Both the position numbers and the translations under genes were made by a program. This document shows positions 8,573 to 16,943 of a stretch of DNA of 64,000 nucleotides, in pieces. This DNA is from a virus. Within the stretch, counting starts at the first letter, position 1; each line of letters starts with the position of its first letter. The notes beneath the pieces were generated by a model, which was not told the origin of the DNA, did no database searches, and saw only the letters and a list, made by a program, of their open reading frames with translations. Location of the stretch: the IMG/VR virus record IMGVR_UViG_3300032770_000003, positions 1 to 64,000 of that record, one strand, 5' to 3'.

Positions 8573-9562
8573 TCAGAGACGTTTGGTACCGCTCGCGCTA
8601 CCGCTCACAGGTGCCAGATCACCGTCGACGCTGCCCTTGCGAAGAGCCACGCTACCGATGAACGGTACGATCGCCCGCTTCGCTGCGTCAGCAGCGGTTG
8701 CGGTCATCCCGGGAGTTGCGACAATGTCACTGTGCATGGCATCGAGGTCGCGCCCCTCGCACGCACCGATCGTGAGTCCGATCAGCTCGCACACCCCCTT
8801 GGGGTCGTCGAGCACCAGCATGCGCTCACCATAGAGCTTCTTCCAGAACGCCTGAATCTCGTGCTGGTGACCGCCGTAGCTGCCGGAGTTGACGTAGATG
8901 AAGAACGACTCGAACTTCGCCTCACACTCCTTGACGATGTCCTCGACGGGAACGTTGTCTTGAAGCGCGTCTCCGATGACGTTGAACACCTGGTCCTTGA
9001 ACACGTTGGCGTAGCACATCTCGTCGCCCATCAGGAAGAGATAGCCCTTCTTGTTGCGCTTCTCCAGGCAGTCCATTGCCATGTGCCGAGCAGCGAAGTA
9101 CAGCGCCAGCTCGTAGGACTCCCGCATGCCACCGCCGCCTCCCCCTTCGAGGTGGAGATTGGTCAGGCAGTCATCCATTTCGAGCCCGCTTTCGAACTGC
9201 CCCACCTGCAGCGGTGAACGATCGCCGAAGGTGGCGTCTCCGATCGCGCCGAAAAGGATCTGCGGGTGATCGATGTAGCCCTTGGTGGCCAGGAGCTTCA
9301 TCAACCCCGGGAACTTCTCCATGGCGAACATCTTGGGAATGATGCCCATCGAGCCGGTCACGTCGAAGAAGAGCGCGATCGCGTTCGACTCCGGATGCAC
9401 ATCGCTGTCACGGGACTCGCGGACCTTGACCCCCTTGGGGTCCAACAACGCATGCGTGCGACCAACCATGCGACTGTGCACGAACACGTCGTCCGCCTTC
9501 AGACTGCTGCGTGCGGTACGCAGCCGATCGGCCGCATCATCACTCCATCTCGAACCACCCAT
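8573..9562 (-). CDS. vWA domain protein
   Basis: MIDAS FDVTGSMG; GGGGGG..ESYEL; LFLMGDE. Confidence 0.85.
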   Translation of the reverse strand: MGGSRWSDDAADRLRTARSSLKADDVFVHSRMVGRTHALLDPKGVKVRESRDSDVHPESNAIALFFDVTGSMGIIPKMFAMEKFPGLMKLLATKGYIDHPQILFGAIGDATFGDRSPLQVGQFESGLEMDDCLTNLHLEGGGGGGMRESYELALYFAARHMAMDCLEKRNKKGYLFLMGDEMCYANVFKDQVFNVIGDALQDNVPVEDIVKECEAKFESFFIYVNSGSYGGHQHEIQAFWKKLYGERMLVLDDPKGVCELIGLTIGACEGRDLDAMHSDIVATPGMTATAADAAKRAIVPFIGSVALRKGSVDGDLAPVSGSASGTKRL

Positions 9563-9572
9563 GGGATCTCCT

Positions 9573-10655
9573 TTAGTTCGTGGGAGGCATTCGGAATTGA
9601 CGAAACGTCGGTTTGCCCCACAACTGACGTACGATTCGGTCGAACTCCTCATAAACCTCCCACGCATTCTGGTATCTGCGTGTCGGATTATGAATCATGC
9701 AGCCGTTGAGCAATCCCTTGATTGCCTCAGGAACCGAGTGGTTCGGGACCAGCTCAGAGCCGTAGAGAAGGGCGCGCATGCAGACTGCAGCCATCCAGAC
9801 GTCTGTCGCCGGAGTCGCCGGCCGTTTCAGGTGGACTTCAGGCGGGTAGTAGACAGCGTGGTCAAGGACCACCGCCTTGATATGACTCGTGCCGTCCGCC
9901 TTGAGCGCGTAGCTCCAGTCGATCAGCTTCCCGGAGTGGTCTTCGGGCTTGATCAGGAAGTGAGCCGGGACCACAGCGCCATGGACAATCCCATTTCGAT
10001 GTGTCCAAGCCAGCACTTCGAGCATCCTACGCCACATCCATGCAGCGTCCTTCGGATCGAGTCCGTGCGGGAACGCCGCCAACACCGCGTCCAAGCTGTA
10101 CCGGGTAGGGTGGAAACTGAGAATGTTGCTCTGTCGATACCGGCCTGCAACACGTAGCTTGGTCGTCTCGATCAAGCTCGGCAGGTAGCGAACGAAGTGC
10201 GCGCGATTGCTGTCAGTGGATGCCCACAGTCGCTGCAACATACTCGCTTCGTTCGCTACGAGGTCGCTGTTCGCGTCGTCAGAGACTACCTTCACCAGCG
10301 CACGGTGGGGCTTCCCATCCTGGTCATACTCCGCGCTGTAGAGGTCACACAGATCGCCCTTGGCGAACGGCAGCACGTTTTTGTAGACATGCTTGGCCTT
10401 GATGGTCACCGGGCGTGGCTTGCCGTAACTGCCATCGCGCAAACGTGCCCGCGCCTGGAGCCGCATCTCTGTGAGCCGGGTCATGGCGACGACCGCTTCC
10501 TTGACCTGGCCAGGTCGATCCGGGTGCAACACCTTCGACCAAGCGTGGAAGAGATCCGTTAGGGCGTCGTCGGAGGCTACACTCCCGAAGCACTCTTCGG
10601 GAGTCCTGGCCTTCATGATCTGCGCGATGATCGCGGTGATCTCGTGGACGTTCAA
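9573..10655 (-). CDS. J-domain-like plus protein-kinase-fold protein (probable pseudokinase)
   Basis: N-terminal LHPDR; ALVK, NEA, HGAVVPAHFLI (no catalytic Asp), KLIDWS, YYPPE, DVW. Confidence 0.8.
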   Translation of the reverse strand: MNVHEITAIIAQIMKARTPEECFGSVASDDALTDLFHAWSKVLHPDRPGQVKEAVVAMTRLTEMRLQARARLRDGSYGKPRPVTIKAKHVYKNVLPFAKGDLCDLYSAEYDQDGKPHRALVKVVSDDANSDLVANEASMLQRLWASTDSNRAHFVRYLPSLIETTKLRVAGRYRQSNILSFHPTRYSLDAVLAAFPHGLDPKDAAWMWRRMLEVLAWTHRNGIVHGAVVPAHFLIKPEDHSGKLIDWSYALKADGTSHIKAVVLDHAVYYPPEVHLKRPATPATDVWMAAVCMRALLYGSELVPNHSVPEAIKGLLNGCMIHNPTRRYQNAWEVYEEFDRIVRQLWGKPTFRQFRMPPTN

Positions 10656-10870
10656 CTGAAGGATTCCGCGACAGCTATGTCCACGACGGGGTGCTTGCAG
10701 AGCGCGCAACGAATCATGAGGATCCCTTGCAGGTACTCTACCTCGACTGCTGAGTTGAGATGACAACGCGCATGAAGAAAGAGGGGTGCCGCTTCGTTGT
10801 CGTGCTTGTGATCACAGTCAGGCATGTCACAAGACATCTTGTCCAACTCAGCTCTGCTAAGCGGCGGCAT
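10652..10870 (-). CDS. small Zn-binding hypothetical protein
   Basis: CDMPDC...HARCH...CALC. Confidence 0.5.
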   Translation of the reverse strand: MPPLSRAELDKMSCDMPDCDHKHDNEAAPLFLHARCHLNSAVEVEYLQGILMIRCALCKHPVVDIAVAESFS

Positions 10871-11453
10871 CCGGCATCCGCGCCTGCGGCATGTGATTCG
10901 CGATCGAGAGGAATTGTCGCTCGTCAGTTTCGAGCAAGAGCTTCTGAATGAGCATGGTGTCTGCATCCGGAACCAGCTCATCAGGATGGAGACACAGTGT
11001 CTCGATCGGCTTGAGAACTCCGGCCTCCTCCCGGACCAGGTCTACATTCTGTGCTCTCCCGCGACGAATCCGATAGACCTTCTCAGCAACGTAGACCTTG
11101 AAGTAGCCATACTTTCGCAAGTCCTGTTTCTGATCGCTTGTCAGGTGGCGCAACAGCAGCTGTTCAGCCTTGATTCGGGCCAAACGATGCCTGGCCCGTT
11201 CGCGCCGGCAGAACCTGTCGACTGGATCCGGCTCATGCGCAGGTTGCATTGAGCACACGACTGTGTTGAGAGGTCCATTAGTCACCTGGCCTGTCACTGT
11301 CGTTGGCTCCAACGAGTAATACCAAACAGTGCAACTGCTGGTATTCGCCATAACACGGATCGTCTGTCCCCAGTTGTTGATGCACGTCGTTCCGGAGTCA
11401 CTCCAGCTCCGCAATGACGGTCCTGTTAGGTACGGGTACGCTGACTGTGGCAT
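10857..11453 (-). CDS. hypothetical protein
   Basis: 198-aa ORF, TGATG-type coupling. Confidence 0.65.
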   Translation of the reverse strand: MPQSAYPYLTGPSLRSWSDSGTTCINNWGQTIRVMANTSSCTVWYYSLEPTTVTGQVTNGPLNTVVCSMQPAHEPDPVDRFCRRERARHRLARIKAEQLLLRHLTSDQKQDLRKYGYFKVYVAEKVYRIRRGRAQNVDLVREEAGVLKPIETLCLHPDELVPDADTMLIQKLLLETDERQFLSIANHMPQARMPDAAA

Positions 11454-11455
11454 CG

Positions 11456-11767
11456 TCAGCCTCCCCGCACTGGGGGCGCCATGATGTAGCGCCCAGCAGA
11501 GCCGTCGAACTCTTTGATCTGCTCCCCTCGCTCGTCGCTGTCCTCTGCCATCTTGAAGCAGAGAAACCCTTTTTCTTTGAGTCGCTCGAAGCTCCGTTTG
11601 GCTTCCGCCACCTGCGCCGGGTCGCGAGGGTCGAAGACGAGCTTGTAGTCTCCGCCATAGAACATGACAGCCAGCTCAGCGTCGCCTTCGCGTTGCTGGG
11701 TCTGGTTTCGCAGGGGAACGTCTTTGGACCATCCCTCACGGATGAAGGCTTCGACGTTGAATGCCAT
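11456..11767 (-). CDS. hypothetical protein ending in GG
   Basis: GAGGAGG RBS; C-terminus PPVRGG. Confidence 0.65.
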   Translation of the reverse strand: MAFNVEAFIREGWSKDVPLRNQTQQREGDAELAVMFYGGDYKLVFDPRDPAQVAEAKRSFERLKEKGFLCFKMAEDSDERGEQIKEFDGSAGRYIMAPPVRGG

Positions 11768-11830
11768 GGGTGAGCGCCTCCTCTTGGATTGGTGAGCACA
11801 CTACACCAGCAGATTGACAGGTCAAGTACG

Positions 11831-12208
11831 CTAACCTGTCCTCTCTCTGCGCTCTTCGAGCAGGTGTGCAAAGTACTCCTCGAACTTCTTGATCCCCTCC
11901 AGCTCGACACCGAGTTGACTGGCGTAGAAGGACAGCATCCGCGGATCCCAGGTACCGTTCTCCAAGATTCGGTATACCTGCGAAGCCATCACGCGGATCG
12001 AAACACCGTTAGCCTTCTTACCATCAGGATTCTGCGAGACCTCCTGAGGCAGGTAGATGAAACGGAGAAGTTTCCGAGCACGGTTGATCACGAGGATGCA
12101 GTCGTTGGCACGGAACGGAGCAACGTCACCCATCTCGCCGCGCGCCTCTTCGTACAGGGTCACCTCGTTCTTGCGGAAGTTCCCTGTGTACACATATCGA
12201 AGTCTCAT
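11831..12208 (-). CDS. hypothetical protein
   Basis: GAGGAGG RBS, ATGA overlap. Confidence 0.65.
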   Translation of the reverse strand: MRLRYVYTGNFRKNEVTLYEEARGEMGDVAPFRANDCILVINRARKLLRFIYLPQEVSQNPDGKKANGVSIRVMASQVYRILENGTWDPRMLSFYASQLGVELEGIKKFEEYFAHLLEERRERTG

Positions 12209-12702
12209 ATCGGAATCACCTCCTCAATCGTATATCGGACACGCAGAGCACCGTCCTCGACGGTCATCGACTCGATCTTCACTCCCTGGAGAGACAGTGC
12301 CTGAACCACCCGGCTGAGCAGGAACGGCAGCGCCGTGCCCGGCGCTGAAGGCTCAAGCCGTTTCAGGGCTTCGTTCGCAATGCTGACCGTGTCCAGCTTC
12401 CGGGGACGTCCTCGTTTTCGGCGAACGGGAACGTCAATGGTGGCAGAAGCTGGCTCAGGAGCCGGTTCAGGAGCGGGAGCCGGTTTCTCTTCGCGCTTGC
12501 CGCTGGCTCGCCCGGTTTTCTGGAGCTTGACCATGCAGGTTCGGCAGGTCCGAAGATAGCCAATCTTCGATTTGACGTTCGGCTGAAACCAGGTCTTGGT
12601 GAGGAGCTTGTGCCCGCACGCCTTGCACTTGATCCTGTGCGGGACATTCACCGCGAATTTCTCGTCGGGCATCTTGGGCCCCTCCTTGGGTTCGAAGTTC
12701 AA
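12205..12702 (-). CDS. zinc-finger plus AT-hook-like DNA-binding protein
   Basis: CKAC...CRTC and RKRGRPRK. Confidence 0.6.
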   Translation of the reverse strand: MNFEPKEGPKMPDEKFAVNVPHRIKCKACGHKLLTKTWFQPNVKSKIGYLRTCRTCMVKLQKTGRASGKREEKPAPAPEPAPEPASATIDVPVRRKRGRPRKLDTVSIANEALKRLEPSAPGTALPFLLSRVVQALSLQGVKIESMTVEDGALRVRYTIEEVIPI

Positions 12703-12736
12703 AGTACCAACGTCAGCATCCTATCAAGATTTGTTC

Positions 12737-12765
12737 TTGACAGGGGTAGCCCCGTATCTTAGCTT
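12737..12765 (+). promoter_or_regulatory. sigma70-type promoter for the pth2-like unit
   Basis: TTGACA-17-TAGCTT; ATG at 12773 near the expected +1. Confidence 0.6.
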
Positions 12766-12772
12766 CCTCGTC

Positions 12773-13119
12773 ATGCATTGCTCTTCCCATTGACGCCGAC
12801 CTCCTCCCGCTGACGCAATATGTCCTTGTCCGCAAGGATCTTCCGGTGGGAGTGATGGCAGCGCAAGTCGCCCACGCAGCTGGCTCAGTCGGGCGACACC
12901 CAAAGGGAACGTTTGTTGTAGTGCTGGCCGCGGAGTCACAAGAGCACCTCATGGCCCTGGCTCAGCGCCTGCACAGCGCCCATCTCCAACACGTGCTGAT
13001 CACAGAGTCTGACGGGCCCTTCGCTGGCCAAGCCATGGCCATCGGCCATCGGCCTCGAACTCGTACATGACCGAACGCCGGTCAGAAAGGTGGTCTCCAG
13101 CCTGCCCTTGCTGCGCTAA
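12773..13119 (+). pseudogene. peptidyl-tRNA hydrolase Pth2-like gene, frameshifted
   Basis: TQYVLVRKDL..G.MAAQVAHAA...VVVL; removing a 7-bp duplication (13037-13050) restores the C-terminus AIGLELVHDRTPVRKVVSSLPLLR*. Confidence 0.8.
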
Positions 13120-13125
13120 CCAAAA

Positions 13126-13190
13126 GGGTCGGTAGCTCAAGTGAGAGCGCCCCGCAAGGGGAGACGGTGGTGCAAATCCATCACGACCCA
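13126..13190 (+). ncRNA. tRNA-like RNA with a GCAA tetraloop instead of an anticodon loop
   Basis: GGGUCG/CGACCC acceptor, GCUC/GAGC D stem, CCCC-GCAA-GGGG, GGUGG-UGCAAAU-CCAUC T arm. Confidence 0.7.
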
Positions 13191-13193
13191 CGA

Positions 13194-13267
13194 GCGTGCT
13201 TCGCCCAGTGGTTGGGCACCAAGAGTAATGACCTTGGCCAACGGGGGTTCGATTCCCTCAGCACGCA
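13194..13267 (+). ncRNA. tRNA-like RNA with a 9-nt non-canonical anticodon loop
   Basis: GCGUGCU/AGCACGC, GCCC/GGGC, CCAAG-AGUAAUGAC-CUUGG, UUCGAUU T loop. Confidence 0.7.
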
Positions 13268-13268
13268 C

Positions 13269-13808
13269 TCACTTCTTCTTGAAATTCTTCCACATCATCG
13301 ATGGAACTGGACGCGCACTCCGCTCGTTGTACTTCGCGGACACTTTGATGTCGTAGGGCACGACCACAGGCCCGGTGTCGTAGAAGGTAAACTGCCCGAT
13401 AGGCATCCCTGGGTAGACGATGACCGGCTTGAACGTCGCGATCTCCATGGTCCAGTGGTTGATGAAACCAACGTCACCACGGCCCGCGGTCACATGCACC
13501 AGGATGCCCAATCGCCCGACGCTGGACTTCCCATCCATGAAGGGAACGTAACGTCGACTGCCGATCACCTCGTGAGTAACTCCCAGGTAGAACTCACCTG
13601 GACGCAGCAAAAAACCCTTGTCACTCACCTCATAATACTTGACTGGGTTCTCTTCGCGGGCGTCGAGCACAGGCTTCTCGTACTGAGCGATCGTATTGCC
13701 CAGGAGAACGTCGTAGCTGTTCGATCCAAGGCGTTCGAGATCGAACGGCGTGATCGTGATGTCCCCCAGCTCGACGGCACCCTTGATCTGCTTGTCCGAA
13801 AGAATCAC
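13269..13808 (-). CDS. dcd: dCTP deaminase
   Basis: ILSD..I, NSYDV.L, GKSSVGRLG, TAG.GDVGF, YPGMPIGQ. Confidence 0.92.
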   Translation of the reverse strand: MILSDKQIKGAVELGDITITPFDLERLGSNSYDVLLGNTIAQYEKPVLDAREENPVKYYEVSDKGFLLRPGEFYLGVTHEVIGSRRYVPFMDGKSSVGRLGILVHVTAGRGDVGFINHWTMEIATFKPVIVYPGMPIGQFTFYDTGPVVVPYDIKVSAKYNERSARPVPSMMWKNFKKK

Positions 13809-14041
13809 GGCTCTTCCCCCTCGAAGGTGATACAAACGCGCCAGCGACCCTTGCGACCATGCCAGTCTGCGGGAATCAACTGACTGAGAAGCTCGCGACA
13901 GGTGGGTCGCTCATCACTCACGTCAGTAGGATTCACCAAGTGCGCATGATCCGATGAGCACTTGTCGAAGACGATGCGACCGAACCCGTCGAGTCGCAGG
14001 TAGTGCGCTGGGAACGACTCCGAAATGTTTTCGTGAGACAT
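13805..14041 (-). CDS. hypothetical protein
   Basis: 78-aa ORF coupled to dcd. Confidence 0.45.
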   Translation of the reverse strand: MSHENISESFPAHYLRLDGFGRIVFDKCSSDHAHLVNPTDVSDERPTCRELLSQLIPADWHGRKGRWRVCITFEGEEP

Positions 14042-14102
14042 TCACTCCCCTTAAACGAAAGCCCCTGAGCACCGACCACGGTACCCAGGGGCCTCCGGAG
14101 AA

Positions 14103-14445
14103 CTACTCTCTCAGCCAATCAGCGAGAACGGCCGGGGCCGACGTATCGAACCCCACGTGTGTCCAGCTCTTGCCATGAAGAATAGCCCAGACATTCGCAC
14201 GTGTCACCCCAGTGGCTCGCATGATGTCGGCCTGTCGCAGACCAGAAACTGCCAACATCTTCACTTGTCGAACAGTCGCCTCCGTCAGTTTGGAGCCATA
14301 GTTTCCTTCCCCCACTTGAGACTCTTTTTGGTGGATGACGTGAAGAACGGCCCTTTCTGACCATGTCTTGCATATTTTCCAACTGCGTCCCAGCGAACAG
14401 ATGGTCAAACCGCACACACGAGCGAACATCACAAGTGTGCAGTAG
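14103..14445 (-). pseudogene. HNH homing endonuclease remnant (5'-truncated, frameshifted)
   Basis: LHTCDVRSCVRFDHLFAGTQLENMQDM in one frame; GEGNYGSKLTE...HTH in another. Confidence 0.7.
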
Positions 14446-14449
14446 TCCC

Positions 14450-16075
14450 TCATATTCTACCGCCGACGAAATCAGCGATGACCTGTGGCATGGATGTATC
14501 CAGACCACAGAAGTCCATCATTCCTCCGTCAGCCGGATCGGCGATGCTGACGTTGTTTGCCGTGAAGGCGATGACCGCCAACTTCGCGCCGTCCACCCGC
14601 TCCCTGCGATACTGCTTGATGGCCTGCGCGGGATGGATGTTGCCGTGGTTGGTCTCCGAGTCGGTGTAGACCAGGAAGGCGTCGACCTCCAGGTTGTTTT
14701 TGTAGGCGTGGGCCATCGGCAGTGAGCAGTCAGTCGAACCGAAGTCCGACCGCTGCACGATGTGCTCGACCTCATCGAGCCGCATGCGCGGGCTGATCTT
14801 CAGATCGACGAACTTGTGACAGAACCCGAAGAAGTAGTGCTGCTTCTCCACCCGGGCTGTCACCATCGCCATGACCGCCGCCCCCACAGTGGGCGTGATC
14901 CCTGTCATCCCAGCCAGCTCAGGCGAGCGCATCGACGCAGAGCAATCGATGCCCAGCAGAGTCCTCTTTCCGGTGGGCTCGATCGTGGCGAACGTCGCGT
15001 AGAACGCTTCGTCGAGGGCATCCACGATCCGCTGAGAGACGTCCCACTTCAATGAGCCCTTCACCCCATGCCCCCGGCGGTAGGTGTTGAGCGCCACCAG
15101 CACCTGCATGGGATGCAGACGTGCCCGACGAAGCCGCTCACCGTCGCCCAAGATCTCCATGGCTCTCTTCTCGCCCGCGGACAGCGGAGCGATAAGACCA
15201 ACCTCGGACATCTTGCCCAGGTTGCGGACCAGGGCATGCACGGGCATGTCCTGGAGCAACACCTCCCACACCTCCGCCTTGTTGAGCGCCTCAGTCGGCA
15301 GAGCCTCACGAGGCAGCCGATAGGCTGAGATCATCTGGGTCAGACGGTCCAGGTCCGCCTTCTTCTCGACGTCCAGACTCTTGACCGTGTCCGATGCCCA
15401 CAGCTGTGACAGCGGATCCTCCGGAGCGAGGACAGTGTCACCCCACGCCGGCTTCTTCTTCTCGGTCACCCAGCCGAACATGGAACGGTAGATGTCATCC
15501 GCGGGCTTCGCATGAGCCTTCCGAAGGACGTCCCGGTGAGACCAGCTGTCGCGCGACGGGTACTTGATCAGCTGGTAGGCGAGGTCATCGTAGTCCTGGC
15601 TGAGATACCAGTTTGCGATGGCATGCCGGATTCCGCGTCCCCAACCACCGAGTGTCTGGAGAGCCTCCACCAGGTGGAAGAGATGCGTCCCAATCCGGCA
15701 GACCTTCGGAATCGCACCACGAGCGTGGTTCGCGACTTCGGGATCCTTCGAACGGCACGCGAGCGCCAGGGCGAAGATCGCCGGATCGTTCTTCGGCGCC
15801 CGTCCTTCCTGCGAGATCTTGACGATCTCATCGACGGTCCGCTTGCCGTCAGCCGCAAGACAACGCTGCACACACTGCGCGTTTTGCAGCGTCAGCTTGC
15901 GTTCGGTGGCGTAGTACGAACCACCTTCACTGCCGAGAATCAGGAAGCGACGGAGTCGCGTCCAGTCGTCGACTTGGAAGGAGTAGCCACCACCCGAGTT
16001 CGGAATCTGCTTGCTGCCCGGGATTGGTGCTGTCTGGGGAGTCTGCTTCGGGTTCAGATGCTGTGCGTACTTCAA
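14450..16075 (-). CDS. rsr: Ro60/Rsr TROVE-vWA RNA-binding protein
   Basis: NSGGGYSF.VDDW.RL.RFLILGSEGGSYY, GWGRG, KYPSRDSWSHRD.LR..H, ALVRNLGKM, DCSASM, TDCSLP, VYTDSET, DPAD.GMMD..G.D. Confidence 0.95.
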   Translation of the reverse strand: MKYAQHLNPKQTPQTAPIPGSKQIPNSGGGYSFQVDDWTRLRRFLILGSEGGSYYATERKLTLQNAQCVQRCLAADGKRTVDEIVKISQEGRAPKNDPAIFALALACRSKDPEVANHARGAIPKVCRIGTHLFHLVEALQTLGGWGRGIRHAIANWYLSQDYDDLAYQLIKYPSRDSWSHRDVLRKAHAKPADDIYRSMFGWVTEKKKPAWGDTVLAPEDPLSQLWASDTVKSLDVEKKADLDRLTQMISAYRLPREALPTEALNKAEVWEVLLQDMPVHALVRNLGKMSEVGLIAPLSAGEKRAMEILGDGERLRRARLHPMQVLVALNTYRRGHGVKGSLKWDVSQRIVDALDEAFYATFATIEPTGKRTLLGIDCSASMRSPELAGMTGITPTVGAAVMAMVTARVEKQHYFFGFCHKFVDLKISPRMRLDEVEHIVQRSDFGSTDCSLPMAHAYKNNLEVDAFLVYTDSETNHGNIHPAQAIKQYRRERVDGAKLAVIAFTANNVSIADPADGGMMDFCGLDTSMPQVIADFVGGRI

Positions 16076-16112
16076 GTATCACCTCCTGGACAAAAGGCCC
16101 AGAGAAGCCCCA

Positions 16113-16141
16113 GGAATACCGAACTGGTGTTGACGAGTCAA
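16113..16141 (-). promoter_or_regulatory. putative sigma70 promoter of rsr
   Basis: TTGACT-17-TATTCC, then AGGAGGTG RBS and TTG start. Confidence 0.5.
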
Positions 16142-16437
16142 GGCTTTTCGCGCCCGAACAGACTCGGCAACAGATTCGCAATCTCAGCTTCCGGAATGAG
16201 CAGACGCGCATCGCAGTTCACAGCACGACAACGAAAGCGCAGTTGTCGCGGCGTCGTACCCCCCACCATTCGTGAAGAGCCGACGATGCGATCGAGTTCC
16301 CAGATCGGACCAGTCCAGCGTCCCGCTGCTATGGCACGCCTCGCGAAGCAGTCCGCTGAATGCGGAATCTCAAGTACAAGTACCGCACTCCACAGCTCAG
16401 AGGGCCCACGGCGCGGACCCTTTTTTAGCAGTGCCAA
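16138..16437 (-). CDS. hypothetical protein
   Basis: 99-aa ORF filling the gap; H..DC...C...C. Confidence 0.45.
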   Translation of the reverse strand: MALLKKGPRRGPSELWSAVLVLEIPHSADCFARRAIAAGRWTGPIWELDRIVGSSRMVGGTTPRQLRFRCRAVNCDARLLIPEAEIANLLPSLFGREKP

Positions 16438-16609
16438 GTTCTACTACCTCCCGTGTCCCCTTGCAGTGGGGATACCGTCTGCACCCCCAGAACTGAGACC
16501 CGCGGTTCTTACCATGGATCGCGAACCTCAGGATCATAACAGACTGGCACAGAGGACAGGGCGGCGGGAGACGGCAGAGCGCCTCCCGAAGCTGGGCAGC
16601 AGACGACAT
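16397..16609 (-). CDS. topoisomerase-type C4 zinc-finger protein
   Basis: CPLCQSVMILR...G.N.GSQFWGC..YP.CKGTR. Confidence 0.8.
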   Translation of the reverse strand: MSSAAQLREALCRLPPPCPLCQSVMILRFAIHGKNRGSQFWGCRRYPHCKGTREVVELGTAKKGSAPWAL

Positions 16610-16628
16610 ATAGTTCGACCTCCGGGGC

Positions 16629-16650
16629 GGGAGGTCGATCCGCACAGAAG
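16629..16650 (-). promoter_or_regulatory. conserved motif copy 10
   Basis: gggaggtcgatccgcacagaag, ~20 nt upstream of the ATG at 16609. Confidence 0.7.
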
Positions 16651-16652
16651 GC

Positions 16653-16943
16653 TTACTGACAGCGATCAACCGCGTCGCATGACGCGGCTTGAGCGCGACA
16701 GCTCAAGTCCCACTTGAGGATCCCTGACGTCTGGACGTTCTGACACACCGCCGTACATGGGACGCCATTGGGCGTCGGCTGCCCCGCGGGACAGCCCAAG
16801 ACCTGCAAATTTTTGCATACGTCGTCACACGTCCATGTGTGTGGCTGAACCACACCAACGTCTGTGGAAGCAGGCCCAGCGGGCGGACACCCTGGACACG
16901 CCGGCATGAGCACCAGGAGCGCAAACAGCAACCGCTTCATCAC
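16653..16943 (-). CDS. Cys-rich putative lipoprotein
   Basis: signal peptide MKRLLFALLVLMPAC; multiple Cys. Confidence 0.65.
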   Translation of the reverse strand: MMKRLLFALLVLMPACPGCPPAGPASTDVGVVQPHTWTCDDVCKNLQVLGCPAGQPTPNGVPCTAVCQNVQTSGILKWDLSCRAQAASCDAVDRCQ

